A stretch of DNA of 64,000 nucleotides from Antedon mediterranea (taxonomy: Eukaryota; Animalia; Echinodermata): the NCBI RefSeq assembly GCF_964355755.1, contig NC_092670.1:17408795-17472794 (forward strand), given 5' to 3'. Below, piece after piece: positions 38,615 to 52,669 of the stretch. A program made the position numbers and the translations under genes. A model generated the notes under the pieces. It did not search any database. It was not told the origin of the DNA and saw only the letters and a program-made list of their open reading frames with translations. Positions within the stretch are counted from its first letter, which is position 1, and each line of letters opens with the position of its first letter.

Positions 38615-39714
38615 CAATTTATACTGTTTTTAGTATATATTATAATGGAAACGAAGACAGCGGACACAACTACCAACCCTCCAACGATAAGTGCTAAATA
38701 AAGAGGAGAAAATCTGTTTGTCGTACTTTTGACACTTAATTCAACGGTATGACTAGCTTCACCAACATCGTTTTTAGCTTGGAACTTAATTGTGACACCG
38801 TTGTCATTTGCCGTCAGTTTTTTGTTGTTGGAAAGATGAGTAATCCCTTGACTTTGAACTACTTCGGCGTTGCTGCAAACTATGCTCTCTATTATTTCAT
38901 CATTCCGAAAACATTCCCAGGTTACTTCTGCCGTGGGGTTAGCCGACACATTTATTGGTATGTCTAGATAATCCCCTACGTCGTATTCTATCGTATGAGA
39001 CATCTCAAAGTGTGGTCGATACTGAACGTTAAGTCGCATCGAACAAGACAGCGTTTTTGGAATAAGATCATGCGTCAGCGAACACTTAAAGCTGGTCATT
39101 TCACGTGTTGCGTTTATTGGCAAAGTAGCTATACTATCTTGAATTCCATTGGGACGTAGGCGGATCTCTTTCGCAATTGAATGTGTGGTAGGCCTACCCA
39201 CCTCCACCATCCAGATTTCAACACTTCCTGCAATGTCACCAATGGTGACATTGCACGACAACGTGACAGTCTCACCTTCTGAAACATCAGGCCTATCTAT
39301 ACCACATAACAAATCTGGAACATTCACGACATCGACGTCTATTTCCACTACATGAGATGTTAAACCCGTTATAGAAATGTGTTTGCAAATATAAAGGCCT
39401 TCATCAAATTGTGTAATGTTGGTTATAACAAGACGATAATTGTGTGTTACCTTGTCAAACTTGAGTCCGTATGAATCTTTAAATGATGCAACAACACTAT
39501 CGTTAATACTGACTTTAGTCTCCGCAGTTGTACCATTGCTGACATAATACCATTCTACGTCATGATCGTCTGTATTTCCAACTTCGCAATCTAAAACAGC
39601 ATTTTTTCCAACATTAAATGTTAATGTAATTCGTGATGATTGGGTTTTTGACAAACAATTATAGAATAACCCCAAAATTATGTAGAGGTAAACTGCTTTA
39701 CCAGTGAAAGCCAT
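38527..39714 (-). CDS. Ig-superfamily membrane protein, copy B (395 aa)
   Basis: Intact ORF with the same architecture as A; tail extended by read-through into the MITE. Confidence 0.85.
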   Translation of the reverse strand: MAFTGKAVYLYIILGLFYNCLSKTQSSRITLTFNVGKNAVLDCEVGNTDDHDVEWYYVSNGTTAETKVSINDSVVASFKDSYGLKFDKVTHNYRLVITNITQFDEGLYICKHISITGLTSHVVEIDVDVVNVPDLLCGIDRPDVSEGETVTLSCNVTIGDIAGSVEIWMVEVGRPTTHSIAKEIRLRPNGIQDSIATLPINATREMTSFKCSLTHDLIPKTLSCSMRLNVQYRPHFEMSHTIEYDVGDYLDIPINVSANPTAEVTWECFRNDEIIESIVCSNAEVVQSQGITHLSNNKKLTANDNGVTIKFQAKNDVGEASHTVELSVKSTTNRFSPLYLALIVGGLVVVSAVFVSIIIYTKNSINCSSDPGVGGLGDVFPTYSLVPLTFQQQNH

Positions 39715-42350
39715 GATACAAAAATTAATGGTTGTTTCTTCTTCCGAGTAGATGTAGAACTAAACAAAATTCGCTTAACGTTTTTATTTTGTTTCGAGTT
39801 TCGAAATATTAGAAATTACAGTTATTTATTTATAGACAACTTTAATTATGCAATAATTCACCTATTGTTGAATGACCAATAGAGTATAAGCGCGTCATGA
39901 TTCTCATTGTAATTGAAATGTAGAAAAACTTATAATAAATTTGTCGTTAACACAATAACAAACAATGTTAGGCCAAATCAATTGAAAACAATATTGCTCT
40001 TTTATTCATTTGTATGCGGTATTGATTGATCAAGTGGTTAAATCAATTTTTTCGATTTACATTTGTTTTAAATAATTGGCCCCACTCTAGACTCTGGGAA
40101 AAATCCCAACAACGTTAAATTCGAGTTATCTTATAGGCCTACTTGATAACATTTTGTCTTTCATAGAACATTATATTTGTTTATATCTATAGTATTGAAA
40201 AATCTTATTATTGTCTTTGAAAGTTTTAGATGTCAGATAATAAATATTGTATATCTATAATCTTAAATCAATCTAGATTTAAAAATCTTAGTTGTACTTC
40301 TACCTCTTCTGTAATGTTCATCTGTTTTCCACTTTTGTGTTTATATTCTCAACTTTTATAGACACTTTTTAAGCCTACAGGTTTTAAAAAATTATATATA
40401 TTATAACGGTTTTAGTCAAACGTCGTGTGTGGCAACCTTTATCTTGATTTTCTTGATTATAGTCTATATCAACAAACAAATTATCATCCTTTTCAGTTTC
40501 GCAATCATCGATACCATCCTAACACAATTATAAATTCTATGAGAACAAGCTTTCACATTGTGATCGTCACTAACGGTTCCGGTTCCAACTTTTTACTACT
40601 GTAGTAAATAAATGGTTATATTTATTGGCCACGTACATGATAAGTAGATCTACATTATAAAGTATTTTATATTGTTATTTAATAAAACAAAAAAAATGGA
40701 GTTACTATGCAAACAACAGTGTTACTTTGATTATGAGTTTGCAGCAATAATGACGGAAAACACCTTTAAAAAGAGATTATCAATACATATATAGTTTGTT
40801 TCATCGTGTTAGTATGTAATATACAAAACGTATGATGGTTATCTATAGGCAGATAACTGAAAAAGTTACCAACCACCTATCGATCCATCAATTAATAAAG
40901 TTGTATTTTTTTTCTTTTTAAAGATTTGTCAGGCGTTTACTAGGAAACTGATCCGTGAAACCTAAAAGCTACCAAAATCGGAACAAAACCCACATACCAT
41001 TCCGTTTACCATCAATACCAATCACCTTTGTAACTCTTATTTTTATACTTTTCTATTTAAATGTTAACATTTTATAATTATGGAAAAATTTAGGCCTACA
41101 AACATATAATATATATTAGCTTAAAATAAGATGAAATTAATTTATATTTTCGAACTTGAAATTCGTTCATAATTTTCCCTTCACCTTCTATTATGGGACT
41201 ATAAGGGAGATGCAAGAATCAACGGCGCAGATCCGTTTGGGGGACGTATAACAACAATCAAATACTTTGCGAGTAACTTTAGGCTGGGCCCCCCGGCTCT
41301 TTGAGTAACTTATAGGTCGTTTCAATCGATTTGTGAGCACATAAAAATTAAAGAATACAATTATTTTGGGTTACGCTCTTTTTAGACACTAGTCCTGATG
41401 CGCCATTGGTATTCACTCAAAATCTAGTCTTCTTAGATACTGTATTTTCTGAAATTTCATACGATATGTCGATAGAAGTCTTGCTTTCTATTTCATTTCA
41501 ACAATTTAATGATTTTGCTGTTGAAAAGTGAGGGGCACTAAAGAATATGTGGGGAACACGTCCCCCAGACCCCCCACCCCGGGATCTGAGCTGCAATTTA
41601 TACTGTTTTTAGTATATATTATAATGGAAACGAAGACAGCGGACACAACTACCAACCCTCCAACGATAAGTGCTAAATAAAGAGGAGAAAATCTGTTTGT
41701 CGTACTTTTGACACTTAATTCAACGGTATGACTAGCTTCACCAACATCGTTTTTAGCTTGGAACTTAATTGTGACACCGTTGTCATTTGCCGTCAGTTTT
41801 TTGTTGTTGGAAAGATGAGTAATCCCTTGACTTTGAACTACTTCGGCGTTGCTGCAAACTATGCTCTCTATTATTTCATCATTCCGAAAACATTCCCAGG
41901 TTACTTCTGCCGTGGGGTTAGCCGACACATTTATTGGTATGTCTAGATAATCCCCTACGTCGTATTCTATCGTATGAGACATCTCAAAGTGTGGTCGATA
42001 CTGAACGTTAAGTCGCATCGAACAAGACAGCGTTTTTGGAATAAGATCATGCGTCAGCGAACACTTAAAGCTGGTCATTTCACGTGTTGCGTTTATTGGC
42101 AAAGTAGCTATACTATCTTGAATTCCATTGGGACGTAGGCGGATCTCTTTCGCAATTGAATGTGTGGTAGGCCTACCCACCTCCACCATCCAGATTTCAA
42201 CACTTCCTGCAATGTCACCAATGGTGACATTGCACGACAACGTGACAGTCTCACCTTCTGAAACATCAGGCCTATCTATACCACATAACAAATCTGGAAC
42301 ATTCACGACATCGACGTCTATTTCCACTACATGAGATGTTAAACCCGTTA

Positions 42351-45300
42351 TAGTAGAGCAGTTAACGCCATAAAAATAGCCAAGTTGTGCACTTTATTAC
42401 CAAAGCATGAAACATGCCACAAAGTTTCTTTGATGTGTATAGATTCAAAATATCGGGGGGTGCCAAGTGTCCAACGTCCGGTATGGCGGCCATCTTGATT
42501 TCAAAATGGCCACCATAAAAACAAAAAGTGTTCATATCTTGGCAACTATAAACAGTAGAGACTTGATTCTGGTGTTAAATTGTTCACAAACCACATATTT
42601 CTATTTGTTCTAATGAAAAGTTTCGTAAAAAAATGATCGGAAATGACGTTTCTTCCAGTTTGACCTTTGACCTCTTATCTGTATATCTCGGTAACTACTG
42701 ATCATTTTCAATCGATTTTGGTGTCATTTTGTTCAGAATAGAGACATTTATATTTGTAGTAATGAAACATTTTCACATAAAATGACTGGAAATACAATTT
42801 ATAACCTTTGACATATATAATTATGTGAACATATTGTATGTGGTCTACATTGATATAATGCACTTAATTTTTTTTACCGAAATAAATGACACTTAATGAA
42901 AAAATGACCAGGAATTATTCTGAATTTTTTACTTTTGATGTGATAGGATAGGCGTAAAGTATGACAGATCACTGAGAAACATCAATCACTGAGCTCATCT
43001 ATGCCGACTTGTTTGCTAAACTGTGATGTGTCAATCGTTAGATAAAAGTTTTGGTCCTCTCTCCTCCTTCATCTTTTCTTTTTTTTTTGTAATGTATTAT
43101 ACCATATGGACAATTGTCTGAAATAAAAGTTGAATTGAATTGTTAGATGCCATTTGGAAATATTTTTTCGTTGGCCTCTTTGATGTTGCATATGAGACAA
43201 GTTCGGAAAGTTCTCATTTTCACGAGTTAAGAGAACACCGTCTTTCAAAGTACTTACTACAAACTAATCCTGCATTTGTGCAGTAGACCTACTTTCATTA
43301 GTCCGAAACTCAGATAATTCTTGTTCATTTTCGTTGCATCTAAAAAAATGTACTCCATTTTTATGGTAATGGGCCTTTGCTGTAAACCATCTGAATCCTT
43401 TTCCTCGATTTTCTCTAGTCATTGATTTTTTAGCAAAATCCCAACCAAATCAATTCGTAAAAGACATCTCAATATAATTATTCAAGTAATCCTCAAATTA
43501 GTGACATGGACCTACAATATACTGTTCTGTACAAGACCTTTTTAGGCATCCACCTGTGGACTTTCACTTTGAAGGTCTTGGTCTCCTAATCATACAAGAA
43601 ACAATGTCTGATTTAATCAATCATAGTAGTGGGTCCAGACAAAGAAGGGGGTGTAAGACCATCCACAGACAAAGAAGGGGGTATAAGACCATCCACAGAC
43701 AAAGAAGGGGGTATAAGACCATCCACAGACAAAGAAGGGGGTATAAGACCATCCACAGACAAAGAAGGGGGTGTAAGACCATCCACAGACAAAGAAGGGG
43801 GTGTACGACCATCCACACACAAAGAAGGGGGTATAAGACCATCCACAGACAAAGAAAGGGGTGTAAGGCCATCTACAGACAAAGAAGGGGGTGTAGGACC
43901 ATCCACAGACAAAGAAGGGGGTGTAAGACCATCCACAGACAAAGAAGGGGTGTAAGACCATCCACAGACAAAGAAGGGTGTAGGACCATCCACAGACAAA
44001 GAAGGGGGTGTAGGACTATCCACAGACAAAGAAGAGGGTGTAAGACCATCCACTGACAAAGAAAGTGGTATAGGACCACTTACAGACAAAGAAGGGGATA
44101 TAAGACCATCCACAGACAAAGAAGGGGGTATAAGACCATCCACAGACAAAGAAGGGGGTGTAGGACCATCCACAGACAAAGAAGGGGTGTAAGACCGTCC
44201 ACAGACAAAGAAGGGGATGTAAGACCATCCACAGACAAAGAAGTGGGTATAAGACCATCCACAGACAAAGAAGGGGGTATAAGACCATCCACAGACAAAT
44301 AAGGGGTATAAGACCATCCACAGACAAAGAAGGGGGTATAAGACCATCCACAGAGAAAGAAGGGGTGTAAGACCATCCACAGACAAAGAAAGGGTGTAAG
44401 ACCATCCACACACAAAGAAAGGGGTGTAAGACCATCCACACAAAAAAAAAGGGTGTAATACCATCAACAGACAAAGAAAGGGGGTATAAGACCATCCACA
44501 GACAAAGAAGGGGGTATAAGACCATCCACAGACAAAGAAGGGGTGTAAGACCATCTACAGACAAAGAAAAGGGTGTAAGACCATCCACACACAAATAAAG
44601 GGGTGTAAGACCGTCCACAGACAAAGAAGGGGATGTAAGACCATCCACAGACAAAGAAGTGGGTATAAGACCATCCACAGACAAAGAAGTGGGTATAAGA
44701 CCATCCACAGTCAAAAAAGGGGGTGTAGGACCATCCACAGACAAATAAGGGGGTATAAGACCATCCACAGACAAAGAAGGGGGTATAAGACTATCTACAG
44801 ACAAAGAAGGAGGGGTAGGACCATATTAACCGAGGAAGCATACAAAAAGAAGATGCAATCAAAATAGGACTTGGAAAACAATAAATTGTAGAATAACTGA
44901 GGCTTGATTGTTGAAATATAAAGGGTTCTTTGTAAGGTCATTAATAATATATTGATATAAACACGATCATCATACTATTCATTTGACATTCAAATACAGT
45001 CTATCTCGAAAAGAAGCTCATGAATACTATCACCTTTTCAAGGTTTTACGGTATTCCATAACATGTATCTTATTTCCTCTGTCAAACTATTAAAACTTTT
45101 AGCGAATCAGAAGGTGCCAACATCATTGAATTAATGGTACCACCCAGCACATTGTTTACCAATTTTATGTAACATATACAATTTAAGTCCATTAATCATT
45201 TAATATAATTACGCCTATCAGGTCAAAGTTAAAAATTAGATGCATTTAAGACCAACACAAACCCACATACAGTATATTCACATAATTAAAAATCAATAAA

Positions 45301-45757
45301 TAAATGTCAAAGGTCATAAATTGTATTTCCGGTCATTTTATGTGAAAAGGTTTCATTACTACAAATATAAATGTATTTATTCTGAACAAAATGACACCAA
45401 AATCGATTGAAAATGACCAGTAGTTACAGAGATATACAAATACGAGGTCAAAGGTCAAACTGAAAGAAACGTCATTTCCGGTCATTTTTTGACGAAAATT
45501 TTCATTAGAGCAAATAGCAATATATAGTTTGTGAACAATTTGAGACCAGAATTAAGTCTCTAATGTGTATAGTTGCCAAGATATGAACATTTTTTGTTTT
45601 TATGGTGGCCATTTTGAAATCAAGATGGCCGCCATACCGGACGTTGGACACTTGGCACCCCCTGATATTTTGAATCTATATATATTAAAGAAACTTTGTG
45701 CCAAGTTTCATGCTTTGGTAATAAAATGCACAGCTCATGTCACTAACTGCTCTACTA
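42351..45757 (-). mobile_element. Non-autonomous Academ-type DNA transposon, 3,407 bp
   Basis: Termini TAGTAGAGCAGTTA / TAACTGCTCTACTA; long imperfect TIRs (~480 bp); 3-bp TSD TTA. A decayed minus-strand coding relic at ~43150-43600 (RIDLV..TRENRGKG..KWSTF..NEQELSEF..CNIKEANEKIF) resembles the Academ XPG-like domain. Confidence 0.8.
43635..44823. repeat. ~30-bp minisatellite (TCCACAGACAAAGAAGGGGGTRTAAGACCA) x ~40 inside the Academ element
   Basis: Read directly; it explains the overlapping repetitive ORFs. Confidence 0.95.
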
Positions 45758-47894
45758 TTATAGAAATGTGTTTGCAAATATAAAGGCCTTCATCAAATTG
45801 TGTAATGTTGGTTATAACAAGACGATAATTGTGTGTTACCTTGTCAAACTTGAGTCCGTATGAATCTTTAAATGATGCAACAACACTATCGTTAATACTG
45901 ACTTTAGTCTCCGCAGTTGTACCATTGCTGACATAATACCATTCTACGTCATGATCGTCTGTATTTCCAACTTCGCAATCTAAAACAGCATTTTTTCCAA
46001 CATTAAATGTTAATGTAATTCGTGATGATTGGGTTTTTGACAAACAATTATAGAATAACCCCAAAATTATGTAGAGGTAAACTGCTTTACCAGTGAAAGC
46101 CATGATACAAAAATTAATGGTTGTTTCTTCTTCCGAGTAGATGTAGAACTAAACAAAATTCGCTTAACGTTTTTATTTTGTTTCGAGTTTCGAAATATTA
46201 GAAATTACAGTTATTTATTTATAGACAACTTTAATTATGCAATAATTCACCTATTGTTGAATGACCAATAGAGTATAAGCGCGTCATGATTCTCATTGTA
46301 ATTGAAATGTAGAAAAACTTATAATAAATTTGTCGTTAACACAATAACAAACAATGTTAGGCCAAATCAATTGAAAACAATATTGCTCTTTTATTCATTT
46401 GTATGCGGTATTGATTGATCAAGTGGTTAAATCAATTTTTTCGATTTACATTTGTTTTAAATAATTGGCCCCACTCTAGACTCTGGGAAAAATCCCAACA
46501 ACGTTAAATTCGAGTTATCTTATAGGCCTACTTGATAACATTTTGTCTTTCATAGAACATTATATTTGTTTATATCTATAGTATTGAAAAATCTTATTAT
46601 TGTCTTTGAAAGTTTTAGATGTCAGATAATAAATATTGTATATCTATAATCTTAAATCAATCTAGATTTAAAAACCTTAGTTGTACTTCTACCTCTTCTG
46701 TAATGTTCATCTGTTTTCCACTTTTGTGTTTATATTCTCAACTTTTATAGACACTTTTTAAGCCTACAGGTTTTAAAAAATTATATATATTATAACGGTT
46801 TTAGTCAAACGTCGTGTGTGGCAACCTTTATCTTGATTTTCTTGATTATAGTCTATATCAACAAACAAATTATCATCCTTTTCAGTTTCGCAATCATCGA
46901 TACCATCCTAACACAATTATAAATTCTATGAGAACAAGCTTTCACATTGTGATCGTCACTAACGGTTCCGGTTCCAACTTTTTACTACTGTAGTAAATAA
47001 ATGGTTATATTTATTGGCCACGTACATGATAAGTAGATCTACATTATAAAGTATTTTATATTGTTATTTAATAAAACAAAAAAAATGGAGTTACTATGCA
47101 AACAACAGTGTTACTTTGATTATGAGTTTGCAGCAATAATGACGGAAAACACCTTTAAAAAGAGATTATCAATACATATATAGTTTGTTTCATCGTGTTA
47201 GTATGTAATATACAAAACGTATGATGGTTATCTATAGGCAGATAACTGAAAAAGTTACCAACCACCTATCGATCCATCAATTAATAAAGTTGTATTTTTT
47301 TTCTTTTTAAAGATTTGTCAGGCGTTTACTAGGAAACTGATCCGTGAAACCTAAAAGCTACCAAAATCGGAACAAAACCCACATACCATTCCGTTTACCA
47401 TCAATACCAATCACCTTTGTAACTCTTATTTTTATACTTTTCTATTTAAATGTTAACATTTTATAATTATGGAAAAATTTAGGCCTACAAACATATAATA
47501 TATATTAGCTTAAAATAAGATGAAATTAATTTATATTTTCGAACTTGAAATTCGTTCATAATTTTCCCTTCACCTTCTATTATGGGACTATAAGGGAGAT
47601 GCAAGAATCAACGGCGCAGATCCGTTTGGGGGACGTATAACAACAATCAAATACTTTGCGAGTAACTTTAGGCTGGGCCCCCCGGCTCTTTGAGTAACTT
47701 ATAGGTCGTTTCAATCGATTTGTGAGCACATAAAAATTAAAGAATACAATTATTTTGGGTTACGCTCTTTTTAGACACTAGTCCTGATGCGCCATTGGTA
47801 TTCACTCAAAATCTAGTCTTCTTAGATACTGTATTTTCTGAAATTTCATACGATATGTCGATAGAAGTCTTGCTTTCTATTTCATTTCAACAAT

Positions 47895-49082
47895 TTAATG
47901 ATTTTGCTGTTGAAAAGTGAGGGGCACTAAAGAATATGTGGGGAACACGTCCCCCAGACCCCCCACCCCGGGATCTGAGCTGCAATTTATACTGTTTTTA
48001 GTATATATTATAATGGAAACGAAGACAGCGGACACAACTACCAACCCTCCAACGATAAGTGCTAAATAAAGAGGAGAAAATCTGTTTGTCGTACTTTTGA
48101 CACTTAATTCAACGGTATGACTAGCTTCACCAACATCGTTTTTAGCTTGGAACTTAATTGTGACACCGTTGTCATTTGCCGTCAGTTTTTTGTTGTTGGA
48201 AAGATGAGTAATCCCTTGACTTTGAACTACTTCGGCGTTGCTGCAAACTATGCTCTCTATTATTTCATCATTCCGAAAACATTCCCAGGTTACTTCTGCC
48301 GTGGGGTTAGCCGACACATTTATTGGTATGTCTAGATAATCCCCTACGTCGTATTCTATCGTATGAGACATCTCAAAGTGTGGTCGATACTGAACGTTAA
48401 GTCGCATCGAACAAGACAGCGTTTTTGGAATAAGATCATGCGTCAGCGAACACTTAAAGCTGGTCATTTCACGTGTTGCGTTTATTGGCAAAGTAGCTAT
48501 ACTATCTTGAATTCCATTGGGACGTAGGCGGATCTCTTTCGCAATTGAATGTGTGGTAGGCCTACCCACCTCCACCATCCAGATTTCAACACTTCCTGCA
48601 ATGTCACCAATGGTGACATTGCACGACAACGTGACAGTCTCACCTTCTGAAACATCAGGCCTATCTATACCACATAACAAATCTGGAACATTCACGACAT
48701 CGACGTCTATTTCCACTACATGAGATGTTAAACCCGTTATAGAAATGTGTTTGCAAATATAAAGGCCTTCATCAAATTGTGTAATGTTGGTTATAACAAG
48801 ACGATAATTGTGTGTTACCTTGTCAAACTTGAGTCCGTATGAATCTTTAAATGATGCAACAACACTATCGTTAATACTGACTTTAGTCTCCGCAGTTGTA
48901 CCATTGCTGACATAATACCATTCTACGTCATGATCGTCTGTATTTCCAACTTCGCAATCTAAAACAGCATTTTTTCCAACATTAAATGTTAATGTAATTC
49001 GTGATGATTGGGTTTTTGACAAACAATTATAGAATAACCCCAAAATTATGTAGAGGTAAACTGCTTTACCAGTGAAAGCCAT
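47895..49082 (-). CDS. Ig-superfamily membrane protein, copy D (395 aa, protein identical to B)
   Basis: Intact ORF identical to copy B in the ORF track. Confidence 0.85.
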   Translation of the reverse strand: MAFTGKAVYLYIILGLFYNCLSKTQSSRITLTFNVGKNAVLDCEVGNTDDHDVEWYYVSNGTTAETKVSINDSVVASFKDSYGLKFDKVTHNYRLVITNITQFDEGLYICKHISITGLTSHVVEIDVDVVNVPDLLCGIDRPDVSEGETVTLSCNVTIGDIAGSVEIWMVEVGRPTTHSIAKEIRLRPNGIQDSIATLPINATREMTSFKCSLTHDLIPKTLSCSMRLNVQYRPHFEMSHTIEYDVGDYLDIPINVSANPTAEVTWECFRNDEIIESIVCSNAEVVQSQGITHLSNNKKLTANDNGVTIKFQAKNDVGEASHTVELSVKSTTNRFSPLYLALIVGGLVVVSAVFVSIIIYTKNSINCSSDPGVGGLGDVFPTYSLVPLTFQQQNH

Positions 49083-50715
49083 GATACAAAAATTAATGGT
49101 TGTTTCTTCTTCCGAGTAGATGTAGAACTAAACAAAATTCGCTTAACGTTTTTATTTTGTTTCGAGTTTCGAAATATTAGAAATTACAGTTATTTATTTA
49201 TAGACAACTTTAATTATGCAATAATTCACCTATTGTTGAATGACCAATAGAGTATAAGCGCGTCATGATTCTCATTGTAATTGAAATGTAGAAAAACTTA
49301 TAATAAATTTGTCGTTAACACAATAACAAACAATGTTAGGCCAAATCAATTGAAAACAATATTGCTCTTTTATTCATTTGTATGCGGTATTGATTGATCA
49401 AGTGGTTAAATCAATTTTTTCGATTTACATTTGTTTTAAATAATTGGCCCCACTCTAGACTCTGGGAAAAATCCCAACAACGTTAAATTCGAGTTATCTT
49501 ATAGGCCTACTTGATAACATTTTGTCTTTCATAGAACATTATATTTGTTTATATCTATAGTATTGAAAAATCTTATTATTGTCTTTGAAAGTTTTAGATG
49601 TCAGATAATAAATATTGTATATCTATAATCTTAAATCAATCTAGATTTAAAAACCTTAGTTGTACTTCTACCTCTTCTGTAATGTTCATCTGTTTTCCAC
49701 TTTTGTGTTTATATTCTCAACTTTTATAGACACTTTTTAAGCCTACAGGTTTTAAAAAATTATATATATTATAACGGTTTTAGTCAAACGTCGTGTGTGG
49801 CAACCTTTATCTTGATTTTCTTGATTATAGTCTATATCAACAAACAAATTATCATCCTTTTCAGTTTCGCAATCATCGATACCATCCTTACACAATTATA
49901 AATTCTATGAGAACAAGCTTTCACATTGTACTCGTCACTAACGGTTCCGGTTTCAACTTCTTACTACTGTAGTAGCCTAAATAAATGGTTATTTTTATTG
50001 GCCACGTACATGATAAGTAGATCTACATTATAAAGTAGTTTATATTGTTATTTAATAAAACAAAAAAATGGAGTTACTATGCAAAAAGAATGTGTTATAC
50101 TTTGATTATGAGTTTGCAGCAACAATGACGGAAACACTTTTTAAAAAGTGATTATCAATAAAGCCGGCCGACACGACCGTAACTTAAATTTTAACACAAC
50201 GCAACAGCAGTGCCACATTCCCCAACCCCTCCAAATTAAACATTGCATGCAAAGCTCTGATTTGCTGTGCACTTTTTATAAGTTTATTACGTATTATCGC
50301 AGTGCAGCGTTGTTATACCTTTGTAATTTAGTTTTATACTTTTCTTCAAAAAATGTAATATTTTATAATTATTCTGCTCTATTTACAGTTTATGACAGTA
50401 GGCCTACAAGCATATGATATTAGCTTAAAATAAGATGAAATAAAACAATTTCTAATTATAATACACATAATAATATTTATATTTCATTTGATAATAACAT
50501 GGCAAATATTAAGGAATATTGTTCAATAATAATGAAAACTGCTATAAAAATCTATACAATTTAATTTTACCTAATAAAACTGGAAACTTCTTCATTCAAA
50601 AAATATTGATAATCATAATCCAAACAATTTACTGACTTTCCTTATATCAAAGGAATATTCTAATTCAGTTTCGATTGATTTCTACCAAGGTAGGCCTACT
50701 GAGTAATTAACTGTA

Positions 50716-51866
50716 TTAAATCCGCTGTATTAAATCCATGTTATCTATTATTATGTATCTCCGAATTAACTGTTCTATAAAGTTTACTCCATGGGTAATT
50801 ACATATCCTATAATGCAAGCCAAACAACAGGACACAACCATCAACCAACCGACTTGTATTACTAAATTAAAAAGAGCATATCTGTTAGTCGTACTTTTGA
50901 CATTTAATTCAACGGTATGACTAGCTCCACCAACATCATTTTTAGCTTGAAACTTAATTGTGATACCGTTGTCATTTGCCCTCAGTTTTTGTTTGTTGGA
51001 AAAATGAGTAATCTCTTGACTTTGAACTAGTTCAGCTTTGCTGCAAACTATGCTCTCTATTATTTCACCATTCCGCAAACAGTTCCAGGTTACTTTTGCC
51101 GTGGGGTTAGCCGACACATTTATTAGTATATGTCTAAATAATCCCCTACGTCGTATTCTATCGTATGAGACAGCTCAAATTGTGGTCGATACTGAACGTT
51201 AAGTCGTATCGAACAAGACAGCGTTTCTGGAATTAGATCATGCGTCAGCGAACAGTTAAAGCTGGTCATTTCACGTGTTGCGTTTATTGGCAAAGTAGCT
51301 ATACTCCTTTCTTGAAGTCCATATAGGATCGCTTTTGCAATTGGCTGTTTGGTATCCACCATCCATATTTCGACACTTCCTGCAATGCCACCAATGGTGG
51401 CATTGCAGGACAACGTGACAGTCTCACCTTCTGAAACATCAGGCCTATCTATACCACATAACAAATCTGGAACATTCACGACATCGACGTATATTTCCAC
51501 TACATGAGATGTTAAACCCGTTTTAGAAATGTGTTTGCAAATGTAAAGGCCTTCATCCAATTGTGTAATTTTGATTATAACAAGACGATAATTTTCCGCC
51601 GTGTCAAACTCAATTTGGTATAAATCTTTAAATTTTGCAACAACACTATCGTTAATACTGATTTTAGTCTCCGCAGTTGTACCATTACTGGCATCAAAAT
51701 ACCATTCTACGCCATACTCGTCTGCGCTTCCAAGTTTGCAATCTAAAACAGCGTTTTTATTTCCAACAATTAATGGCAATGTAACTCGTGATGATTCGGT
51801 TATTGACAAACAAGAGAATAACCCCAAAATTATGTACAGGTAAACTGTTTTACCAATGAAAGCCAT
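50716..51866 (-). pseudogene. Ig copy E, frameshifted by a 2-bp insertion near 51128; could encode a secreted two-domain protein
   Basis: TATTAGTATATGTC versus TATTGGTATGTC in intact copies; the third domain and TM continue in another frame (50716-51117). Confidence 0.8.
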
Positions 51867-52669
51867 GATACACAACGTAGTTGTTTCTGAGTCAAAACGC
51901 TAAACAAAATTTGTTTATGATTTCATTTTAAGTTGCGTATTTATTTTTAATACATTTTCAATCGAAGTATTATACATTTTGACAGTTGTAGTATTTATAG
52001 AACACATTTTATGCAATAATGCATCTATTGTTGAATGAACCAATAGAGTATAAGCGCGTCATGATTCTCATTGTAATTGAAATGTAGAAAAGCATTGTTT
52101 TACTGGTAGGACGTGTTACATAAATTGGTCGTGAACACATAACAAACAATGTTAAACCAAAATCAATTGAAAACAATATTGCTCTTTAATTCATTCGTAT
52201 GCGGTATTGATTGATCAAGTGGTTAAATCAATTTTTTCACTTTACATGTTTTTTTTTTTAATTGGCCCCACTCTAGACTCTGGGAAAAATACCAACAACG
52301 TTAAATTCGAGTTATCTTATAGGCCTACTTGATAACATTCTGTGCGACACTGTCTTTCATAGAACATTATATTTGTTTAGATATATAGTATTGAAAAATC
52401 TTATTATTGTTTTTGAAAGTTTTAGATGTCAGATAATAAATATTGTATATCTATAATCTTAAATCAATCTAGATTTAAAAACCTTAGTTGTACTTCTATC
52501 TATATAATTTAATTTTCCCTAATAACACTGGAAACTTCTTCATTCAAAAATATTGATAATCGATAATCCAAACAAATTACTGACTTTCCTTATATCAAAA
52601 GAACATTCTAATTCAATTTCGATTGATTTCTACTAAGGTAGGCTATACTGAGTAATACCTAAATTTAGC

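Larger units (their letters stand above)
41506..46103 (-). pseudogene. Ig copy C, interrupted by an Academ-type element (5' part 46103-45758; 3' part 42350-41506)
   Basis: The two halves match copy B exactly at protein level; the C-to-D spacing of 6,389 equals 2,979 + 3,410. Confidence 0.9.

Noticed and set aside
42351-42380. RAG/Transib recombination signal sequences at the insertion ends
   Set aside because: The termini begin TAGT rather than CAC, and the TSD is 3 bp rather than 5 bp; this fits Academ
43635-44823. CRISPR-like or coding interpretation of the 30-bp repeats and their many overlapping ORFs
   Set aside because: The units are contiguous with no unique spacers and no cas genes; the ORFs are artefacts of a minisatellite in a eukaryotic transposon
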